From: Candidatus Latescibacterota bacterium
GTDB taxonomy: Bacteria; Latescibacterota; UBA2968; UBA8231
NCBI GenBank assembly: GCA_965203355.1
Contig: OZ241889.1
Coordinates: 896,001-960,000 of the forward strand
Reading direction: 5' to 3'
Length of the DNA stretch: 64,000 nt
Below the pieces are notes generated by a model, which saw nothing but the letters and a program-made list of their open reading frames with translations, was not told the origin of the DNA and did not search any database. The position numbers were made by a program, and so were the translations under genes. The stretch's first letter is position 1. Each line of letters opens with the position of its first letter. Below are positions 28,951 through 38,001 of the stretch, piece by piece.

Positions 28951-31677
28951 ATGAGCCAAACAGTTCTCTTCCTGCTCGATGGGATGGCCCTCGTCTATCG
29001 GGGTCACTTCGCGATGATCCGCAATCCGCGTATGACCTCAAAGGGCGTGAACACGTCGGCCGTTTTTGCTTTTGCCAACACCTTGCTCTCCATCGTCGAA
29101 AAGGGCGAGCCGACGCACATCGCCGTTGTCTTCGACACGCCTGAGCCGACGCACCGGCACCGCAAGTACGAAGAGTACAAAGCCCAGCGCGAGGCGATGC
29201 CCGAGGACCTGAGCCAAGCCCTGCCGTACGTATTCCGGCTCTGCGAGGCGTTTAACATCCCGGTTTTGCGCGAGCCGGGATGGGAGGCCGACGACGTGAT
29301 CGGCACGTTGGCCAAAAAGGCCGAGGCCGAGGGGTTTGCCACGTACATGGTCACGCCCGACAAGGACTACGGCCAGCTCGTTTCCGAGCGGAGCTTTATG
29401 TACAAGCCGGGCCGCGGCGGCGATGAGGCCGAGGTTTTGGGGGTGCCGGAGATTCTCGCCCAATGGCAGGTCGAGCGGATCGACCAAGTGATCGACGTGC
29501 TGGGGCTGATGGGCGACTCCTCGGATAATGTGCCCGGCGTCCCCGGGATCGGCCCCAAGACAGCGCGAAAGCTCATCGCCGAGTACGGCAGCATTGAAGC
29601 GTTGCTGGCGCACACCGATCAGCTCAAAGGCAAGCAGAAACAGAACGTAGAGGAATACCGGGAACAGGCTCTGCTCTCCAAGGAGCTAGTTACCATTGAG
29701 TGCGATGTGCCATTGGACGTGGGGCTGGCGGATTTGGCGAAAAAGGAATGGGATCGCCAGAAATTGGCGGCTCTCTTCTCCGAACTCGAGTTCAATACGC
29801 TGGGGCGGCGGCTCCTCGGCGACGAGTTTAGCGTTGAAAAGGATCCGGTCCACGGCCCGCTCAAAGGGGTGGCGGATGTGGAGCACGCCTATCAGCTCGC
29901 TGATACGCCCGACAAGCGGCAAGCGTTAATCGAGGCGCTGCTGGAGCAGCCGGCGTTTTGCTTGGACTGCGAGACTAACGGCCTCGACGTCCGGCAATGC
30001 GACTTGATTGGCTTGGCGTTTTCGTGGGCACCGGGCACGGGCCACTACGTGCCGCTGCCTAGGGAGCGGGCCGAGGTGCTGACCGTTTTAGAGGAATTCC
30101 GCCCGGTATTTGAAGGGGAAGTGTGCGAAAAAATCGGCCACAACCTCAAGTACGATCTCAGCGTCCTCCGCTGGCACGGTATGCGGGTGGAGGGACCTTT
30201 CTTCGACACGATGCTGGCGGCGACCTTGGCCGAACCAGAGCTAAGACGCAGTATGGACGAACTGGCCAAGAGCCTGCTCTCCTACTCGCCCAAACCCATA
30301 TCTGAGCTGATCGGCGAACGCGGTGGTGAGCAGCTGACGCTCTTGCAGGTGCCACTGGAGCAAGTGGCCGAGTACGCCTGCGAGGACGCGGACATTACCT
30401 TTCAGCTCGCCGCGGTGCTGCGGCCGAAAATAGAAGCCATGGATCAGCAGCGCGTTTTTTACGAGATCGAAGCTCCGCTGCTGCCGGTGCTGGTAGATAT
30501 GGAATACGAAGGCATCCGCATGGAAGGCTCGGCCTTGGCCGCGCTCTCGCGGCAGTTTGAGGAGGCCATTGAGCGGGCCAGCGAGCGCGTCTTTGCGCTC
30601 GCCGACGAGCGTTTTAACCTCAATTCGGGCAACCAGCTAGGCACCATTCTCTTTGAAAAGCTCGGGCTGGATCCCAATGCGCGGCGGACGCAAAAGACCG
30701 GCCAGTACCAAACCAGCGAACAGATCCTGCGCCGGCTGGCCAATCGCCACGAAATCGCGCAGCAGGTACTCAACTACCGATTGCACACCAAGCTCAAGTC
30801 AACGTACGTCGATCAGCTACCCAGCGCGGTCTTTAAGGCTACGGGGCGCATCCATACCAACTACGAGCAGCTAATGACTGCCACCGGGCGCATGAAATCC
30901 GACCGCCCGAACCTACAGAACATTCCCATCCGCAGCGAGCAGGGGCGGGAAATCCGCCGTGCCTTTGTGCCGCGCAGCAGTGACTATCTGCTCTTCTCGG
31001 CTGACTATTCGCAGATCGAGTTGCGGATCGCGGCGGCGCTCAGCCGCGACGAGGGGATGTTGGACACCTTCAACAGCGGCGGCGACATCCACTTGGCTAC
31101 GGCCGCAAAGATCTACCAAGTCGCAGAAGATCAAGCGACGCCCGAGATGCGGCGTCAGGCCAAGACGGTCAACTTCGGCATCATCTATGGGATCTCGCCC
31201 TTTGGACTGGCCGAGCGGCTCGATATTTCACGCGGGCAGGCCGCCGAGTTAATCAAGCAGTACTTCGCCCAGTATCCAGGGGTGCGGCACTATCTCGACG
31301 AGACCGTGGAGTTCGCCCGCGACAAGGGCTACGTCGAGACGGTGACCGGGCGGCGGCGCTATCTGCGCGACATCAACTCGCGCAATGCTACCACACGCAA
31401 AGGAGCCGAGCGCAACGCAATCAATACCCGCATTCAGGGCACGGCCGCGGATATGATTAAGCTGGCGATGAGCCGCATTCACCGGCTGATTCGCGAGCAG
31501 GGGTTCCGCTCGGCGATGCTGTTACAGGTCCACGACGAGTTGGTTTTCGACCTGCACCGAGACGAAATGGAGACCCTGCCGCCGCTAGTGGCGCGTGCGA
31601 TGCGCGAGGCCCTGCCCTTGGAGGTGCCGATAGAAATCGAGATGGGCACCGGCGAGAATTGGCTGGAGGCGCATTGA
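28951..31677 (+). CDS. polA: DNA polymerase I
   Basis: 5'-3' exonuclease (EADDVIGT, GDSSDNVPG), 3'-5' exonuclease (DCET, HNLKYD), polymerase motifs ADYSQIELR, KTVNFGIIYG, QVHDELVF. Confidence 0.98.
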   Translation: MSQTVLFLLDGMALVYRGHFAMIRNPRMTSKGVNTSAVFAFANTLLSIVEKGEPTHIAVVFDTPEPTHRHRKYEEYKAQREAMPEDLSQALPYVFRLCEAFNIPVLREPGWEADDVIGTLAKKAEAEGFATYMVTPDKDYGQLVSERSFMYKPGRGGDEAEVLGVPEILAQWQVERIDQVIDVLGLMGDSSDNVPGVPGIGPKTARKLIAEYGSIEALLAHTDQLKGKQKQNVEEYREQALLSKELVTIECDVPLDVGLADLAKKEWDRQKLAALFSELEFNTLGRRLLGDEFSVEKDPVHGPLKGVADVEHAYQLADTPDKRQALIEALLEQPAFCLDCETNGLDVRQCDLIGLAFSWAPGTGHYVPLPRERAEVLTVLEEFRPVFEGEVCEKIGHNLKYDLSVLRWHGMRVEGPFFDTMLAATLAEPELRRSMDELAKSLLSYSPKPISELIGERGGEQLTLLQVPLEQVAEYACEDADITFQLAAVLRPKIEAMDQQRVFYEIEAPLLPVLVDMEYEGIRMEGSALAALSRQFEEAIERASERVFALADERFNLNSGNQLGTILFEKLGLDPNARRTQKTGQYQTSEQILRRLANRHEIAQQVLNYRLHTKLKSTYVDQLPSAVFKATGRIHTNYEQLMTATGRMKSDRPNLQNIPIRSEQGREIRRAFVPRSSDYLLFSADYSQIELRIAAALSRDEGMLDTFNSGGDIHLATAAKIYQVAEDQATPEMRRQAKTVNFGIIYGISPFGLAERLDISRGQAAELIKQYFAQYPGVRHYLDETVEFARDKGYVETVTGRRRYLRDINSRNATTRKGAERNAINTRIQGTAADMIKLAMSRIHRLIREQGFRSAMLLQVHDELVFDLHRDEMETLPPLVARAMREALPLEVPIEIEMGTGENWLEAH

Positions 31678-31687
31678 GGGGTACAAG

Positions 31688-31888
31688 ATGACCGAATACT
31701 CATCGGCTAAAAAAATCAAGCTATCGTCCGATGTTGTGAGCGACGCGTACCAGTTGACGCTGGACGAACTGACGCGCCCGCGGCAAACGGAACACAGTCT
31801 CAGTATAGATCGCGCCTTTCCCGAGGAATTTGTCAACGATCTTTCCCGTCAGGAGGTGTTCAACAAACATCTCTTTCGTCCAAAATAG
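31688..31888 (+). pseudogene. 5' fragment of a larger gene, possibly a DUF1156-type adenine DNA methyltransferase
   Basis: SIDRAFPEEFVNDLSRQEVFNKHLFRP resembles N-termini of such methylases. The ORF stops exactly where a polA 3'-end copy begins. Confidence 0.45.
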
Positions 31889-31931
31889 AAATGGGTACCG
31901 ACGAGAATTGGTTGGCCGAGTACTGAGGGGT
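31885..31931 (+). repeat. Degenerate copy of the polA 3' end (31636-31682)
   Basis: Ungapped 37/47 nt; IEMGTDENWLAEY* vs IEMGTGENWLEAH*, both followed by GGGGT. Confidence 0.85.
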
Positions 31932-32000
31932 GCAGGCTGAAGTAGTTGTACACTTAACATGCACTGCATACGTTTTGTCTCAATAGTAAGGAGGGTATAT

Positions 32001-32660
32001 CTGGCAAAGTGGATTCAAGTTAAACCGGCGTATGTCAACAGTAAAACCGACGGCCCAATCGTAACACTTGTTAATCAATCTATACGCTTTAACCAAGAGG
32101 CGGCTCGCAAGGTCGGCGGTGATCGATTCACGCGAGTTGGCATATATATTGATGACGAGGATCGTCGAATCGGATTTAAATTCTTTGACAGGGATGAGCA
32201 GAATACCTACAAACTGATGAAGGGCAAAGGTGGGAGCTTTTCTGTACGTATTAAGAAGCTAACTAAACAGTATTTTTGGATTGGTATAGCTATGGAAGGA
32301 TCCCTTGAGGAGAGACGATTCGAACTTAATACTGATGATAGTATCTACTTCATCAAGCTAATGCCATCCTTTGAGGAAAGCGCATACAGTGTAGAGTCTA
32401 TACCGAACAACACGAGAGGCGTGTATCGCCTCCGAGACCACTCTGAAACAATCGTGTATATCGGACAGGGACATATTGCCGAGCGCGTCAGGGAGCACAT
32501 CAGTAAGGACTGGGGAAAGTCGATAAGTAAGATAGAATACTTCGAGACCGACAATGAGAAAGACAGAATTCAGTGGGAAAAATACTTTCTCGATAGGTTT
32601 AAAGAAAAGCAAGGGGAGTTTCCTAGACACAACGCTATCGGCGGTATCCACAGGCATTGA
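32001..32660 (+). CDS. Two-domain protein with a C-terminal GIY-YIG nuclease domain
   Basis: GVYRL......VYIGQG.I..R..EH...E.....P.HN. AT-rich. AGGAGGG precedes CTG at 32001 (alternative ATG at 31959). Confidence 0.7.
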   Translation: MAKWIQVKPAYVNSKTDGPIVTLVNQSIRFNQEAARKVGGDRFTRVGIYIDDEDRRIGFKFFDRDEQNTYKLMKGKGGSFSVRIKKLTKQYFWIGIAMEGSLEERRFELNTDDSIYFIKLMPSFEESAYSVESIPNNTRGVYRLRDHSETIVYIGQGHIAERVREHISKDWGKSISKIEYFETDNEKDRIQWEKYFLDRFKEKQGEFPRHNAIGGIHRH

Positions 32661-32695
32661 GCAATATAGTTTCTTAAAAGAAAGACACTAGAACA

Positions 32696-33739
32696 ATGGA
32701 CGAGCGCATTCGCGGCTTTGGCAGCGACAATCACGCTGGAGTCCACCCCGAGGTCATGGTGGCCCTACAGCGAGTCAACGTGGGGCACGTGCATTCCTAC
32801 GGGGACGACCCCCACACCGCCGAAGCTGTCGCGCTTTTTCGCGAAGTGTTGGGATCAGCGGTGGAGGTTTTCTTTGCATTCAACGGCACTGGGGCTAATG
32901 TTACGGCCCTTTCCGCGCTCACGCGATTTTACGACGCGGTGATTTGCTCGGACACCGCGCATCTCCACATCGACGAATGCGGTGCCCCCGAGCAGGTGGC
33001 CGGCGTCAAGCTCCTGACCGCGCCCGCGCCCGACGGCAAAATCACTCCTGAGGGAGTCGCCGCCCACGTTGCTGGTCGCGGCGACGAGCATCAAGTGCGC
33101 CCTCGCGTGGTGTCGATTACTCAGGCTACGGAACTGGGCACTGTTTACGCGCCGAGTGAGATTCGCGCCATCGCCGATTGCGCCCACGAGCACGGGATGT
33201 ATTTGCACGTTGATGGAGCGCGGATTGCCAACGCAGCGGTGGGCTTGGATTTGGAACTGCGGGAGATTACTGGGGATTGCGGGGTTGATGTGCTGTCGTT
33301 TGGCGGCACCAAAAACGGCCTGATGTTGGGGGAAGCGGTGGTCTTTTTCAAGCCCGAGCTGGCCGAAGACTATCGCCGGGCGCGCAAGCAGGGGATGCAA
33401 CTGGCCTCTAAGATGCGCTTTGTCGCCGCGCAGTTTACGGCCCTGCTGACCGGCGACTTGTGGCGCCGCAGCGCCCAGCACGCCAACGCCATGGCGCAGG
33501 TGCTGGCCGAGCGCGTCCGGCCCATTCGAGGAGTGGAGATAATCTATCCCGTGCAGGCCAACGCCGTTTTCGTGCGGTTGCCGGTGGAAGTGATTCCCGT
33601 TTTGCAGCAGGAATTTTTCTTTTATCCTTGGAATCAAGGCGAGGTGCGCTGGATGACCTCGTTCGACACGGAAACCGAGGACATAGAGGCGTTTGCGACG
33701 CTTATTGAAACTACTATGGAGGAAAGGAGCATATCGTGA
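32696..33739 (+). CDS. ltaE: Low-specificity L-threonine aldolase
   Basis: FGSDN, YG.D, NGTGAN, H..DECGAPE, HVDGAR..NA, GGTKNG, SKMRF. Confidence 0.92.
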   Translation: MDERIRGFGSDNHAGVHPEVMVALQRVNVGHVHSYGDDPHTAEAVALFREVLGSAVEVFFAFNGTGANVTALSALTRFYDAVICSDTAHLHIDECGAPEQVAGVKLLTAPAPDGKITPEGVAAHVAGRGDEHQVRPRVVSITQATELGTVYAPSEIRAIADCAHEHGMYLHVDGARIANAAVGLDLELREITGDCGVDVLSFGGTKNGLMLGEAVVFFKPELAEDYRRARKQGMQLASKMRFVAAQFTALLTGDLWRRSAQHANAMAQVLAERVRPIRGVEIIYPVQANAVFVRLPVEVIPVLQQEFFFYPWNQGEVRWMTSFDTETEDIEAFATLIETTMEERSIS

Positions 33740-34569
33740 TCATCGACACCCATACCCACTTCTACGATCCCACGCGGCCCGCCGGGGTGCCTTGGCCGCC
33801 GGCTGACAACGAACGGCTCTACCGCACGGTACTGCCCGAACACCACCGCGCGCTCGCCGCGCCCGAAGGCGTGACCGGGACGGTGGTGGTGGAGGCCAGT
33901 GCGTGGCTGGCGGACAATCAGTGGATCTTGGATTTGGCCGCTGATGACCCTTGGATCGTCGGGCTGGTGGGCCACGTCGATCCCAACCGGGCGGGCTTCA
34001 AAAGCGATATTGACCGCTTGGCGGGAAACGCGCTCTTTCGCGGCATTCGTTGCGGCAGCGGGTACTTTGCCGACTTGGAGGCCGGGTCTTTTCTCGCTGA
34101 CATGGAGCACCTCGTCGCGCGGGGCTTGCAGCTCGACGCGCTGGTGGGGCCGGAGCACTTGGGTCAAGTGGTAGAACTGGCCCGGCGGCTACCGGAATTG
34201 CGCCTCGTCATCAATCACTGCGGTGGGGTCGGGACCGACGGTGGCGATCCCAATCCGGCGTGGGTGGACGCCATAGCCCAAGCGGCCGCGCAGCCGCAGG
34301 TCTTTATGAAGGTCTCGGCGATCATGGAGCAAAGCAGGGTGGAGCCGGTGCCGGAAGAACTGGATTTTTATCGCCCGATCCTCGACGCCATGTGGGACGC
34401 CTTTGGCGCAGACCGGGTGATCTACGGGAGTAATTGGCCGGTCTGCGACCGAGCGGGGAGTTTCAAGGCCGCCCTCTCCATCGTCAAAGCGTACTTTGGT
34501 GAAAAGGGCGCGACCGAGCAGTACTTCTGGCAAAACAGCCAGACCGCCTACAAGTGGCCAGACCGCTAA
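33736..34569 (+). CDS. Amidohydrolase_2-family protein (sugar lactonase-like)
   Basis: IIDTHTHF, VINH, MKVS, FGADR..YGSNWPV. Confidence 0.88.
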   Translation: MIIDTHTHFYDPTRPAGVPWPPADNERLYRTVLPEHHRALAAPEGVTGTVVVEASAWLADNQWILDLAADDPWIVGLVGHVDPNRAGFKSDIDRLAGNALFRGIRCGSGYFADLEAGSFLADMEHLVARGLQLDALVGPEHLGQVVELARRLPELRLVINHCGGVGTDGGDPNPAWVDAIAQAAAQPQVFMKVSAIMEQSRVEPVPEELDFYRPILDAMWDAFGADRVIYGSNWPVCDRAGSFKAALSIVKAYFGEKGATEQYFWQNSQTAYKWPDR

Positions 34570-34579
34570 GGAGACGCCC

Positions 34580-35902
34580 GTGAAGTTCTGGATTTTCACC
34601 CACAGCGACCAGCCGCTCGAACACTGGCTCGAAGGCTACCGGCAGCGCTTTGATGCTTGGGAAGAAGGTGGCGTCGAGGGGATTATCGTCGGTCGCATGC
34701 AGTTTAAGCAGGACGATGGTTCGGTGATCGCCAGCTATCCGGTCAATAGTAAGCTCTACGCCGAGCACGGTGTCGAGCCGCCGGAGGAGACGCCCCGCGA
34801 TCTAGAAAAAGAAAAAAAGCTCCAGGCTATGATGGACGACGCAGCGGCGCGTGGCTGGCAGATTATGACCTTTGGCATGGGGCGCGGTGGGCTGGTCGGG
34901 CTGGAGGATTTGATCGCGTTCTACCCGCAGGTTCACGGCGTCATTATCGACGGCCCCGGCGAAAATCACTACGAGCTAGCGTTCCACCACGGCGGGGAAC
35001 TGCTGGAACTCCGGCCCGGCGAAGCTCGGCTTTTTGCCTCTATGGGAGCCGATGTTGGGCGGATGCAGCGCGGCATTGACCATCTGCGGCAGGCCCTGTG
35101 TCGGCTGACGCCCCAACGGGTGCGCTACCTCGCCCAAGGCGGCCTTTTTTCGGTATTGAACTTAATTGACCTCGATGAGGACGGGTTGTATTGGTTGCGG
35201 ATGCGGCAGGAGAAGTCTCGCCGCTCTTGGGCAGACGCGCGCGCAATAGTCGATCAGGCTTCGCGCAAAATCGAGTTGGGCGGCATTCCGCGCACGGCTG
35301 TCTTTTCTGGGTTGACCGGACAGGACTACGAGCGGATGGCCGGCTACTTCGATTATATATTCCCCAAGCACTACTACTGGCATCGCGGATTTGATGGCCT
35401 TTACGGCACGGTGGCGCGTTGGGTGCAGACGTTGGGGGCGTGGAATCCGGGGCTAACGGAAGAAGACGCTTTTGCCGTGGTCGAGGCGCTTTTTGGCATC
35501 AAGCTGCCTCAGGTGCAGACGCTTTTTGATTTGGAAGCTGGCTTTCCCGCTGAGTTTTTCAGCGAGGTCGTGTACGGCGAAACGCGCCGCGCCTTGGCGG
35601 CGGCTGGTGCCGACAAGGTGATTTGCTGGGTCTCGACTGGCCGCACACCGCATGCTGGTGACCCCATGCCCGCGCGCGATCTGCTCGGCATTTTGCGGGC
35701 GTCCCAAGCGGCTGGGCTCAAGCGTTTCGTCTTTCATCCAGAGGTCATGGGCGCGTCCGAGTGGCGGGTTTTGACGGAAGTGTGCGGGACGCTGTGGCGC
35801 GAGGATCCGAGCGGGTACTGGCCTTCGGGCACGGAGAAGCCAGATGCGTTTAATGGGGGACGCAAGAAAGAGAATTTTCACGCTGCCGAGGTTGAGAACT
35901 GA
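34580..35902 (+). CDS. Conserved-looking hypothetical protein (440 aa)
   Basis: GTG after AAGGAG; host-like codon usage; contains PKHYYWHRGFDGLYGT and PHAGDPM; no family recognised. Confidence 0.7.
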   Translation: MKFWIFTHSDQPLEHWLEGYRQRFDAWEEGGVEGIIVGRMQFKQDDGSVIASYPVNSKLYAEHGVEPPEETPRDLEKEKKLQAMMDDAAARGWQIMTFGMGRGGLVGLEDLIAFYPQVHGVIIDGPGENHYELAFHHGGELLELRPGEARLFASMGADVGRMQRGIDHLRQALCRLTPQRVRYLAQGGLFSVLNLIDLDEDGLYWLRMRQEKSRRSWADARAIVDQASRKIELGGIPRTAVFSGLTGQDYERMAGYFDYIFPKHYYWHRGFDGLYGTVARWVQTLGAWNPGLTEEDAFAVVEALFGIKLPQVQTLFDLEAGFPAEFFSEVVYGETRRALAAAGADKVICWVSTGRTPHAGDPMPARDLLGILRASQAAGLKRFVFHPEVMGASEWRVLTEVCGTLWREDPSGYWPSGTEKPDAFNGGRKKENFHAAEVEN

Positions 35903-35952
35903 TGGTCTCTGCCCTGTGGAGACCATGGCGCTGGTCGTACTTATCTTTAGAC

Positions 35953-36058
35953 AGGAAATTTTCTGTTCCTCATTGCGAAATTTGAAGAGGGGCTGGCAGG
36001 CCGGGCAGCCTGGGGCTTATAAGGAAATTTTCTGTTCCTCATTGCGAAATTTGAAGAG
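35953..36058 (+). repeat. Perfect 37-bp direct repeat with a 32-bp spacer
   Basis: AGGAAATTTTCTGTTCCTCATTGCGAAATTTGAAGAG at 35953-35989 and 36022-36058. Confidence 0.9.
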
Positions 36059-36067
36059 AGGCTATTG

Positions 36068-36256
36068 ATGCCCCGTTGGAATATCGTCGTTTCGGAGGAT
36101 ACAGACCGCACTGTTCGGAGCTATTTGGCCCGAACGGGCGGGAAAAGAGGAGACCTATCGCGTTTCGTCGCCCGTGCGGTCCGCCAAGCGATTTTTTGGG
36201 AGACCGTTGACTCCATCTGGGAACGCAACAAGCACCTGAAGGATCTAGGAGATTAA
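36068..36256 (+). CDS. Ribbon-helix-helix protein (antitoxin-like), probably C-terminally truncated
   Basis: MPRWNIVVSEDTDRTVRSYLARTGGKRGDLSRFVARAV has a beta-alpha-alpha pattern; the tail runs into the RBS of the next gene. Confidence 0.6.
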   Translation: MPRWNIVVSEDTDRTVRSYLARTGGKRGDLSRFVARAVRQAIFWETVDSIWERNKHLKDLGD

Positions 36257-36258
36257 AA

Positions 36259-36897
36259 ATGTACGACGAATGGAAACTCATCTACTCGGCTTTAGTTACC
36301 GACATCATGGACCAACTCGGCTACCGCGATCAAGCCATGACTCCCGACATCCGTCCCAGCCGCCCCGACGCTTTTATTGCTGGTCCGGCTCTCACCATTG
36401 ACGCGCACGCCGATACCAGCCCCACTCCCGATCCCTACGGCCAAATTTTTGCCGCGTACGATCAAGCTAGTGCCGGCGATGTCTTCGTCATCGCGACCAA
36501 CGGCGAAGAGCGCTCCGGCCTGTGGGGCGAGCTCCTCTCCACGGCGGCCCAAGCGCGCGGCGTCGAATCCGTGCTGACCGACGGCTTGGTGCGCGATGTG
36601 CGCCAGATGAACGCCATGGGCTACCACTGCTTCTGCAAAGGCTACTCGCCGCTCGATTCGGCGGGCCGCATCCTCGCCAGAACGATCAACCAACCCATCA
36701 CTTGCGGCGGCGTGCAGGTTCATCCCGGGGATTTTATGCTAGCGGACTACGATGGCGTGGCGGTGATTCCGGCGGCGATCAAAAGCGAAGTCTACAAAAA
36801 GGCGATGGAAAAACTCGCGGGGGAAAATGTCGTGCGCGATGAATTGGCTGCGGGGCGGTCGCCGCGGGAGGTTTTTGATCGCTACGGGATATTGTGA
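36259..36897 (+). CDS. RraA/HMG aldolase-family protein
   Basis: SALVTDIMD, WGELLSTAA..RG, DGLVRD, GDF..AD.DGV.VIP. Confidence 0.9.
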   Translation: MYDEWKLIYSALVTDIMDQLGYRDQAMTPDIRPSRPDAFIAGPALTIDAHADTSPTPDPYGQIFAAYDQASAGDVFVIATNGEERSGLWGELLSTAAQARGVESVLTDGLVRDVRQMNAMGYHCFCKGYSPLDSAGRILARTINQPITCGGVQVHPGDFMLADYDGVAVIPAAIKSEVYKKAMEKLAGENVVRDELAAGRSPREVFDRYGIL

Positions 36898-37083
36898 TTG
36901 TTGGACGCTTATAGACGACTCCGATAAGCGGGATTGAGCATCGGCTAGTTTGAAGGCACCCTTTTGACGGCCTCTCCATGAAGCAAGTCGATGGCCTTTG
37001 ACCTTAGCGTCCCAGGCGTTAAGAGCTTTCTTTCCCCTCTAAGCTGTGGTATATTCTACTATCCAATGATAGGAGGTACAAAG

Positions 37084-37614
37084 ATGCCTAGCCAGGAAAC
37101 GGAACGCCTCAGCAATCAAATTACTTGGCTTTATAACGAATATCGAACTGCTCTTTATAACGTCGCTTACTATGGAAAGCGACTAAAAAAAACTAAGCGG
37201 CTCAACTTTACTATCGAAGCCATTTTAGCTCTTGCTGCTCCCGGATTTATCGGAACATGGCTTTTTTTAGACGATCTTTTTATACCAAAGATTTTGGGAC
37301 TTGTTGCCTCAATCGTTGCTGTGATTAAACCGCTTTCTTCTATCAGCAATAATCTTCAGCGATATACACGTCTCTATACTACGTATAAAGAGATCTCAGC
37401 CGAATTGGAACAACTAGTAGAAAAAGTACGCGTTGAACAAGACTTTTCCCCAGAAACTAGCATCCGGTTTGGGATTCAAGTTAAACGAATGGGGAGTTTG
37501 GCTGCATTCGATGATCCGGAGATGAATCCCGAAGAGGAAGAAGTATGCTACAGGAAAGTCAACGAGCAGATACCTGCTGATACTCTATGGGTTCCAGCTA
37601 CTGCGGAGATGTAA
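37084..37614 (+). CDS. Two-TM membrane protein, SLATT-like effector candidate
   Basis: ATG after AGGAGG; N-terminal helix, two adjacent TM segments, then a helical cytoplasmic tail; AT-rich. Confidence 0.55.
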   Translation: MPSQETERLSNQITWLYNEYRTALYNVAYYGKRLKKTKRLNFTIEAILALAAPGFIGTWLFLDDLFIPKILGLVASIVAVIKPLSSISNNLQRYTRLYTTYKEISAELEQLVEKVRVEQDFSPETSIRFGIQVKRMGSLAAFDDPEMNPEEEEVCYRKVNEQIPADTLWVPATAEM

Positions 37615-37766
37615 TGAGCAAAAGACGATCTGGTCCACCTTCAGGAGCAAAACCACCGCGCCCTTGGCCACAGCCGACTCCAAAACCACGGTCCACTCCA
37701 CCAGTCAGCCCACAACCTACTCAGCCGGCCGGTCCGCCAGACAAGCCACTACCTAGAAAAAAGTAG
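37614..37766 (+). CDS. 50-aa proline-rich basic small protein
   Basis: TAATG coupling to the upstream gene; MSKRRSGPPSGAKPPRPWPQPTPKPRSTPPVSPQPTQPAGPPDKPLPRKK (18 Pro). Confidence 0.55.
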   Translation: MSKRRSGPPSGAKPPRPWPQPTPKPRSTPPVSPQPTQPAGPPDKPLPRKK

Positions 37767-37831
37767 CGGCTAATTGCGTCAACCACCGCTAGCCACCCCC
37801 AATAAGGCCGAGATCCAAAGTCCACCGCGGC

Positions 37832-38001
37832 GATTTCATGCTAGCGGACTACGATGGCGTGGCGGTGATTCCGGCGGCGATCAAAGGCGAAGTCCACAAA
37901 AAGGCGATGGAAAAACTCGCGGGGGAAAATGTCGTGCGCGATGAATTGGCTGCGGGGCGGTCGCCGCGGGAGGTTTTTGATCGCTACGGGATATTGTGAT
38001 T
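37832..38001 (+). repeat. Direct-repeat copy of the RraA-family gene 3' end (36730-36899)
   Basis: 170 bp with 3 substitutions; includes the stop codon; offset 1102 bp. Confidence 0.97.

Noticed and set aside
35953-36058. CRISPR array call
   Set aside because: Only two repeats, no cas genes or leader; kept as an unexplained repeat.
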